This document shows positions 57,441-64,000 of a stretch of 64,000 nucleotides of DNA, piece by piece; within the stretch, counting starts at the first letter, position 1, and each line of letters starts with the position of its first letter. This DNA is from Chlamydiota bacterium (GTDB lineage: Bacteria; Auribacterota; Tritonobacteria; UBA1439). The stretch spans positions 25,964 through 89,963 of the forward strand of contig JAAYCL010000014.1 in the NCBI GenBank assembly GCA_012729785.1, written 5' to 3'. Below the pieces are notes generated by a model. It saw only the letters and a program-made list of their open reading frames with translations, did not search any database and was not told the DNA's origin. The position numbers and the translations under genes are program-made.

Positions 57441-58670
57441 ATGAGAAAGGTCGCGTACTTCGACTGCTTCGCCGGCGTGAGCGGCGATATGATCCTCGGC
57501 GCCCTGCTCGACGCGGGGCTGCGCCTCGACGCGCTCCGCGGCGCACTCCGCGGTCTCCCCCTGCGCGGATGGCGCCTCGAGGCGCGCCGCGTGCGGCGCG
57601 AAGGGCTCGCCGGGACGAGGGCGTCCGTGACGATCGTTGCGGGGGCCGGGAAGACACTCCACGGGCTCGAGCCGATCCTGCGCCTGGTGCGGCGGAGCCG
57701 GCTCCCGGCGCCGGTGCGGCGGAGCGCCGAGGAGACGTTCCACCTCCTCGCGCGGGCCGAGTCGAGGGTCCACGGGGTGCGGCTCGCCGAGGCGCATTTC
57801 CACGAGGTCGGAGCCGTCGACTCCGTCGTCGACGTGCTCGGCGCCCTCGCAGGGCTGCAGCTGCTCGGCGTGGACGAGGTCCGCGCCTCCGCCCTCCCGT
57901 GGAACGGCGGGATGGTGCGGTGCGCGCACGGGCTTCTTCCGGTGCCTGCGCCCGCCACCGTCGAACTGCTGCGCGGGCTCCCGGTCGCGCCGCACCCCTC
58001 CCCCGGCGAGATGGTGACCCCGACCGGGATCGCGATCCTCCGGGCGGTCGCGGCGGGGTTCGGCGCCTGCCCGGCGATGACGGTTGTGCGCGTCGGCTAC
58101 GGGGCCGGGGAGAAACGCTTCCACGGCGTTCCCAATCTGCTGCGTCTCGTCCTCGGTGAGGCGGAGGGTGGGGACGGCGCCGGCGTCGTCACGGTCCTCG
58201 AGACCGAAATCGACGACATGCCGCCATCCCGGTACGACCACCTCTCGCGCCTCCTCTTCGAGGCGGGGGCGCTCGACGTCTTCATGACCCCGGTGTTGAT
58301 GAAGAAGAACCGCCCGGGCCAGCTCCTCACCGCCCTCCTTTCGCCGGGGTTGGCGGGCACGGCGGCGGAGATCGTGCTGCGCGAGAGCACGACGCTGGGG
58401 GTGCGGATGCGCGAGGAACGGCGCGTGACGCTCCCGCGGAGGATCGTCGAGGTGAAGACGCGGTTCGGGCGCGTCCGGGTGAAGCTGGCGCGGCGCCCGG
58501 GCGGACGGGTGACCGCCGCGCCGGAGCACGACGACTGCGCGGCGCTGGCGGCGAGGACGGGGGCGCCGCTGGACGAGGTGGCAAACGAGGCGCGGAAGGC
58601 GGCGGCGCGCAGGGCGGGGAGACGGCGGGGAGCCAAAGAGGAAAGGGGTGCGCGGTTATGGTCGAGATGA
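57441..58670 (+). CDS. larC: Nickel-pincer cofactor biosynthesis protein LarC
   Basis: [40 protein letters not shown]. Confidence 0.95.
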   Translation: MRKVAYFDCFAGVSGDMILGALLDAGLRLDALRGALRGLPLRGWRLEARRVRREGLAGTRASVTIVAGAGKTLHGLEPILRLVRRSRLPAPVRRSAEETFHLLARAESRVHGVRLAEAHFHEVGAVDSVVDVLGALAGLQLLGVDEVRASALPWNGGMVRCAHGLLPVPAPATVELLRGLPVAPHPSPGEMVTPTGIAILRAVAAGFGACPAMTVVRVGYGAGEKRFHGVPNLLRLVLGEAEGGDGAGVVTVLETEIDDMPPSRYDHLSRLLFEAGALDVFMTPVLMKKNRPGQLLTALLSPGLAGTAAEIVLRESTTLGVRMREERRVTLPRRIVEVKTRFGRVRVKLARRPGGRVTAAPEHDDCAALAARTGAPLDEVANEARKAAARRAGRRRGAKEERGARLWSR

Positions 58671-59719
58671 AGGAGCTTCTGGAGCGCACGGTCGCCGAGG
58701 GGGCGTCCGACCTGCACATATGCGTCGGCTGTCCGCCGACGATACGGCTCCACGGGGGGCTGATCCCGCTCGAGGGGCCGCCGCTCGGGCCCGTGGACAC
58801 CGAACGGCTCGTCAAGGGCGTCACCTCCGACCAGAACCAGGAGAAGCTGCGCACGAAAGGAGGGGCCGACTTCGGCTTCAGTTTCGGCGACCAGGCGCGC
58901 TTCAGGGTGAGCGTCTACAAGCAGAAGGGCTCGATGGCGATGGCGCTGCGCCTGATCCCCAACCGCCTGCTGACGCTCGAGGAGATCGGCCTCCCCGCGA
59001 TGATCAAGACGCTCCTCTACAAGCCGCGCGGGCTGATTCTCGTCACCGGCCCCACCGGCTCGGGGAAGACGACCACGCTCGCCTCGATGCTGAACGTCAT
59101 CAACCAGGAGCGGGACTGCCACATCCTCACCATCGAGGACCCGATCGAATACTACCACGATCACGCGAAATCGGTCGTGACCCAGCGCGAGGTGGGGGTC
59201 GACGTCCCCGACTTCTCCGACGCGATCGTCCACGGCCTCCGGCAGGACCCGGACGTGATCCTCGTCGGGGAGATGCGCGACCTGCAGACGATGGAGGCGG
59301 CGATCAGCGCCGCCGAGACGGGGCACCTCGTCTTCGCCACCCTCCACACCACCGGCGCCGGGAGGACGATGGACCGGATCATCGACGCATTCCCCACCGG
59401 ACAGCAGGGACAGATCCGCTCCCAGCTCTCGCAGAGCATCGTGGCGGTGATCTCGCAGCTCCTGCTCCCGAAACTGAGCGGCTCGGGTCGGGTCGCGCCG
59501 ACCGAGATCATGATCGCGACCCCCTCCATCCAGAACCTCATCCGCGAGAACAAGACGTTCCGGATACAGTCCGACATCCAGACCGGAGCCCGGCACGGGA
59601 TGCGGACGCTGGACATGTCGCTGATGAACCTGTACCAGCAGGGGACGATCAGCTACGAGTCGATGATGAACGCCGCGCAGGATCCCGAGCAGATCTTGAT
59701 CCAGATCGGCGGACGGTGA
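58658..59719 (+). CDS. pilT: Type IV pilus retraction ATPase
   Basis: [46 protein letters not shown]. Confidence 0.93.
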   Translation: MVEMKELLERTVAEGASDLHICVGCPPTIRLHGGLIPLEGPPLGPVDTERLVKGVTSDQNQEKLRTKGGADFGFSFGDQARFRVSVYKQKGSMAMALRLIPNRLLTLEEIGLPAMIKTLLYKPRGLILVTGPTGSGKTTTLASMLNVINQERDCHILTIEDPIEYYHDHAKSVVTQREVGVDVPDFSDAIVHGLRQDPDVILVGEMRDLQTMEAAISAAETGHLVFATLHTTGAGRTMDRIIDAFPTGQQGQIRSQLSQSIVAVISQLLLPKLSGSGRVAPTEIMIATPSIQNLIRENKTFRIQSDIQTGARHGMRTLDMSLMNLYQQGTISYESMMNAAQDPEQILIQIGGR

Positions 59720-59794
59720 CGCCGCCCGTTTCGCGGCGCACGGGTCGAAAATAATGGTTGACGGCTGCGGGGGGACGCATGCTACCATCCGCGC

Positions 59795-59990
59795 GGACTC
59801 AGGGGTGTTTCCGGGGCCGGTTGTCCCACCATCATTCAATCCCAAAATGATGATCCGGATCGCGCCGCGCGCGGCCGGCGTCGCGCCGCGTGGGCGGCGC
59901 TGCGCGTGAGACGTGCGTGTTCCTCGTCCACAGTCGATGAACTTGTGCCCCCCGGGCAGGTAACCGGTGCAACGTCGGACTCTCTTCCTC
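59795..59990 (+). ncRNA. Candidate 6S RNA (ssrS-like)
   Basis: About 195 nt after extended -10 TGCTACCAT; folds by eye as a long hairpin (GCCGGTT 59816-22 / AACCGGT 59962-68) with a central AT-rich bubble. Confidence 0.45.
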
Positions 59991-62594
59991 ATCGACGGAA
60001 TGTCGTGCGCCTACAGGGCGTTCTACGCCATCCGCGATCTCCGCAGCTCCTCCGGTGAGCCGACCAACGCGGTCTACGGTTTTACCAACATGCTTCTCAA
60101 GCTGCTGCGCGAGCGGACGCCGGACGCCGTCGCCGTCGTCTTCGACACCCCGGCCCCGACGTTCCGGCACGAGCGTTTCGGCGCCTACAAGGCCACCCGG
60201 AAACCGATGCCGGACGATCTCTCCGTCCAGCTGCCGTTCATCCGGGAGGTCATCGACGCCTACCGGATCCCTTCGGTCCAGCGGGACGGGGTCGAGGCCG
60301 ACGACCTGATGGCGAGCCTGGCCGTGCGGGCGGTGGGGGAGGGGTACGACGTCTTTCTCGTCACCAGCGACAAGGATATGCTCCAGCTCGTCGGCGACCG
60401 CATCTCGGTGATCAGGCCCGAGGCCGGGGAGGTTTGCGACGCCGCCGCGGTGACGGCGCGCTTCGGCGTGGAGCCGGCGAAGGTAATCGAGGTGCTCGCG
60501 TTGGCGGGGGATGCGAGCGACAACGTGCCGGGGGTGCCCGGCATAGGGGAGAAGACGGCGATCGAGCTGGTGCGTCAATTCGGCGGCATCGAGGGGGTGC
60601 TCGCGCACGTGGCGGAGGTGAAGGGGGAGAAGCGCCGGGAGAAGCTGGTGCGCCACGCGGAGCAGGCGCGGCTCTCGCGCGAGCTGGTCACGCTCAAAAG
60701 GGACGTCCCGCTCGACATCGCGACCTCCGCGCTCGCCGTGAAGGAGCCCGACCGCGCGCGCCTCGGCGAGCTCTTCCGCCGATTCGAATTCAAAAGGCTC
60801 CAGGCGGAGTTCGCGGGCGGAAACGGCCCCGGCGTTGCGGAGTACCGCTGCCTCGAAGACCCCGAGGCCCTCGCGCAGCTCGCCGCCGCCCTCGCGAAAA
60901 CGGGAGGGTTCGCCCTGGAACTCGTGGCCACCTCTCGGGACCCGATGGCCGCGGAACTTGTCGGCATCGCCATCTGCAGCGCGCCGGGAGCGGCCTGCTA
61001 CGCGCCCGGAACCGGGCGCCTGCGGGAGCTGCTCGGGCCCTCCCTCGCGAACCCTAGGTTGATGAAGACCGGGCACGACCTCAAGCGCGCGGCGCGCCTG
61101 CTGCGCGGCGCGGGCCTGGAACTGGAGGGGCAGGCGTTCGACACGATGCTGGCCGCGTGGCTGCTCAACCCCTCGCGCGCCTCCTACGAGCTCGGCGACC
61201 TCGCCTTGGACTATTTGGACACACGCCTCGCCGCCTCCTCCGGCCTCGCCGGCAAGAAAAGCGCCTCCCTCGCGGAGCTCCCGCCGGCCGCGATCTCCCC
61301 CCACGCGTGCGCGGAGGCGGACGCCGTCCTCCGCCTGCGCGCCCTGATGGAGCCGCGCCTCGCCGAGCAGGGGATGGACGCCTTGTTCCGCGACATCGAG
61401 ATGCCGCTCGCGGAGGTTTTGGGGGGGATGGAGGAGACGGGGATACGGGTCGAGACGGAGCCGCTCCGGCGCCTCTCCGCGGAGCTGGGCGGCGCGCTCG
61501 AGGAACTCGAGTCCGCCATCCACCGGATGGCGGGGGGGGCGTTCAACCTGAACTCCCCGTCCCAGCTCGCGCGGGTGCTGTTCGAGCGGCTCGGTCTCAC
61601 CCCGACGAGGAAGATCAAGACCGGCTGGTCGACCGACTACGACGCGCTCCTCGATCTCTCCCGCCTGCATCCGCTCCCCGCCAAGCTCCTCGAGTACCGG
61701 AGCCTGAGCAAGCTGAAGAACACCTACGTCGACATCCTCCCGCGGCTGGTCAACGCGCGCACGGGGCGCATCCACACCACCTTCCGCCAGACGGGGACCG
61801 CGACCGGGCGACTCTCCTCGAGCGACCCGAACCTCCAGAACATCCCGGTGCGCACGGAGATCGGGAGGCGGATCCGGCAGGCGTTCGTGCCGGGACGCCC
61901 CGGGATGGTGCTGCTCTCCGCCGACTACTCGCAGATCGACCTCCGCGTCCTCGCCCACCTCTCGGGCGATCGGGAGCTCGTCGCGGCGTTCGCCCGCGGC
62001 GACGACATCCACGCCCGCACCGCCGCGGCGCTGTTCGGGGTCGAAGCCGCGGCGGTGACGCCGGAGATGCGCCGGCAGGCCAAGACGGTCAACTTCGGCA
62101 TCGTCTACGGGATGAGCGCCTTCGGGCTCGCGCGCGACCTTGGGATCGCGCCGGGGGAGGCGCGGGGGTTCATCGACCGGTACTTCCAGCACTACGCCGG
62201 CGTGCGCCGGTACATCGACGCCGCCTTGAAGGAGGCCGCCGCGCGCGGCTGGGTGGCGACGCTCCTCAACCGGCGGCGGGCCGTTCCCGAGCTCGCGAGC
62301 CGGAGCGGGCCGACCCGCGAGCAGGGGAGCCGGATCGCGACCAACGCGCCGATCCAGGGCTCCTCCGCGGATCTGATCAAGATCGCGATGCTCGCGATCG
62401 CGCGGGAGATGCGGGGCGGGCGATGGCGCGCGGCGATGCTGATTCAGATCCACGACGAGCTCCTCTTCGAGGTGGATCGGGAACAGGCAGTCGACTTCGG
62501 CGCGATGGTCCGGGAGAAGATGGAGAAGGCGTGGGCCCTCCGGGTGCCCCTGGAGGTGCGCCTGGAGACGGGCTCGAACTGGGGGGAGCTGTAA
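59967..62594 (+). CDS. polA: DNA polymerase I
   Basis: LIDG..YRAFYA, EADD, GDASDNVPGV, TGRLSSSDPNLQNIP, ADYSQI, KTVNFGIVYG, IHDEL. Confidence 0.98.
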   Translation: MQRRTLFLIDGMSCAYRAFYAIRDLRSSSGEPTNAVYGFTNMLLKLLRERTPDAVAVVFDTPAPTFRHERFGAYKATRKPMPDDLSVQLPFIREVIDAYRIPSVQRDGVEADDLMASLAVRAVGEGYDVFLVTSDKDMLQLVGDRISVIRPEAGEVCDAAAVTARFGVEPAKVIEVLALAGDASDNVPGVPGIGEKTAIELVRQFGGIEGVLAHVAEVKGEKRREKLVRHAEQARLSRELVTLKRDVPLDIATSALAVKEPDRARLGELFRRFEFKRLQAEFAGGNGPGVAEYRCLEDPEALAQLAAALAKTGGFALELVATSRDPMAAELVGIAICSAPGAACYAPGTGRLRELLGPSLANPRLMKTGHDLKRAARLLRGAGLELEGQAFDTMLAAWLLNPSRASYELGDLALDYLDTRLAASSGLAGKKSASLAELPPAAISPHACAEADAVLRLRALMEPRLAEQGMDALFRDIEMPLAEVLGGMEETGIRVETEPLRRLSAELGGALEELESAIHRMAGGAFNLNSPSQLARVLFERLGLTPTRKIKTGWSTDYDALLDLSRLHPLPAKLLEYRSLSKLKNTYVDILPRLVNARTGRIHTTFRQTGTATGRLSSSDPNLQNIPVRTEIGRRIRQAFVPGRPGMVLLSADYSQIDLRVLAHLSGDRELVAAFARGDDIHARTAAALFGVEAAAVTPEMRRQAKTVNFGIVYGMSAFGLARDLGIAPGEARGFIDRYFQHYAGVRRYIDAALKEAAARGWVATLLNRRRAVPELASRSGPTREQGSRIATNAPIQGSSADLIKIAMLAIAREMRGGRWRAAMLIQIHDELLFEVDREQAVDFGAMVREKMEKAWALRVPLEVRLETGSNWGEL

Positions 62595-62602
62595 GGCGCG
62601 GT

Positions 62603-63256
62603 GTGAAGAAGGCGAAGGGTATAAAGGGCGCGAAGGGGGGGAGGGCTCCCCTTGTCACGATCGGGCTCACGGGCGGCTACGGCACCGGCAAGGGCACGGT
62701 TGCGGGGATCCTCGGCCGGCTCGGGGCGCTCGTGATCGACGCCGACGAGATCGCGCACGAGGCGATCGCCCCCCGCCGGCCGGCGTGGCGCGAAATCGTC
62801 CGCCTGTTCGGCGGGGGCATCTGCGCCCCGGACGGTTCGATCGACCGCCGCCGCCTCGCCGCCGTCGTCTTCAGGGACGGGCGCCTGCTCCGGCGCCTGA
62901 ACGCGATCGTCCACCCGAGGGTGGGGCGGGAGATCAGGCGGCGGCTCGCCCGCGCCCGGCGCGAGGGGGTGCGCCGCGTCGCGGTGGCGAACGTGCCGCT
63001 CCTCTTCGAGAGCGGCATGGACCGATGGTTCGATACGACGGTGGTGGTCGTCTGCCCGCGCGCGGAGCAGGTGCGCCGCTGCGCGGCCCGGGACCGGCTT
63101 TCGGGGCGCGAGGTCGTGCGCAGGATACGGTCGCAGTGGCCGATACGGGAGAAACTACGGCGTGCCCGCCATATCGTCGACAACGGCGGGACGCGTGCAT
63201 ATACGGAGAGGCAGGTGCGGAGACTGTGGGATTCATTGACAGGAGGTAACGCGTGA
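62603..63256 (+). CDS. coaE: Dephospho-CoA kinase
   Basis: [28 protein letters not shown]; follows polA. Confidence 0.93.
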   Translation: MKKAKGIKGAKGGRAPLVTIGLTGGYGTGKGTVAGILGRLGALVIDADEIAHEAIAPRRPAWREIVRLFGGGICAPDGSIDRRRLAAVVFRDGRLLRRLNAIVHPRVGREIRRRLARARREGVRRVAVANVPLLFESGMDRWFDTTVVVVCPRAEQVRRCAARDRLSGREVVRRIRSQWPIREKLRRARHIVDNGGTRAYTERQVRRLWDSLTGGNA

Positions 63257-64000
63257 GACCGAGGACACGGATGGAGCCGGTGATGAACGAGATGCGGAGG
63301 CGCGAGGGACAGGAGCGGGAGGCGCCGCGTGAGGTCCGCCCGGAGGAGGCTGTTTCCCCGGCGGGGGGGGAGCAGGTCAATATCAGCAAGCTCCAGCAGA
63401 TGACGATGGCCCAGCTCAGCAGGATGGCGCGGGATTTGAAGATCGAGGGGATCGCCACCCTCAAGAAGCACCAGCTCATCCTGGAGATCCTGAAGGCGCG
63501 GGCGGTGGAGAACGGGCTGATGTTCGGCGAGGGCTGTCTCGAGATCCTCCCCGACGGCTTCGGGTTCCTCCGCTCGCAGAACTACAACTACCTCCCCTGT
63601 CCCGAGGACATCTACATCTCGCCGTCGCAGATCCGCAAGTTCGACCTCAAGAAGGGCGACACGATCTCCGGACAGATACGCCCGCCGAAGGACAAGGAGA
63701 GGTACTTCGCGCTCATCCGGGTCGAGGCGATCAACTACGAGTCCCCGGAGAAGGCGCGGGAGCGGACGCTGTTCGACAACCTCACGCCCCTCTACCCGCA
63801 CACGCGGCTGATGCTCGAGACCGCGCCGGACAACATCAGCATGCGGGTGATGGACCTCCTGACCCCGATCGGCAAGGGGCAGCGCGGGCTCATCGTCTCC
63901 CCGCCCCGGGCGGGCAAGACGATGCTGCTCCAGAAGGTCGCCAACAGCATCACGACCAACAACCCCGAGTGCTACCTGATCGTCCTCCTCATCGACGAGC
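63253..64000 (+). CDS. rho: Transcription termination factor Rho, 3'-truncated by window edge
   Basis: [53 protein letters not shown]. Confidence 0.97.
   Translation, partial: MRPRTRMEPVMNEMRRREGQEREAPREVRPEEAVSPAGGEQVNISKLQQMTMAQLSRMARDLKIEGIATLKKHQLILEILKARAVENGLMFGEGCLEILPDGFGFLRSQNYNYLPCPEDIYISPSQIRKFDLKKGDTISGQIRPPKDKERYFALIRVEAINYESPEKARERTLFDNLTPLYPHTRLMLETAPDNISMRVMDLLTPIGKGQRGLIVSPPRAGKTMLLQKVANSITTNNPECYLIVLLIDE

Overview
High-GC (roughly 70%) bacterial chromosome segment, mostly housekeeping genes: ispG (partial), dtd, surE, nfo, mtnA, thiL, tsaE/tsaB/tsaD, tRNA-Val(CAC), RNase P RNA, speB/pdaD, a Mo-hydroxylase large+small subunit pair, thi4, nadE, split transketolase, two S41 proteases, larB/larC, pilT, polA, coaE and rho (partial). 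Many lineage-specific secreted proteins and lipoproteins are interspersed, plus a small lower-GC islet (vapBC and a probably frameshifted secreted protein). The content suggests an uncultured anaerobic lineage near the PVC group (inference only). I saw no integrase, transposase or CRISPR array. The strongest unexplained signal is a 111-bp AT-rich element with dyad symmetry, present twice (20419-20529 and 28841-28951) in opposite polarity. Its four half-sites align without gaps (outer arm AGACGTTGTAT, IHF-like box, palindromic core with a 7-bp centre). It resembles a site-specific recombination or nucleoid-organising site, and one copy supplies the thiL stop and the tsaE start. Other leads: a basic protein with a duplicated LDYWALYT domain, a 6S-like RNA overlapping the polA start, an RNase P RNA apparently lacking P13/P14, a probably inactive S41 paralog, and an archaeal-type nucleotidyltransferase. 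Start codons were chosen by eye and product calls rest on motif recognition, not database searches.
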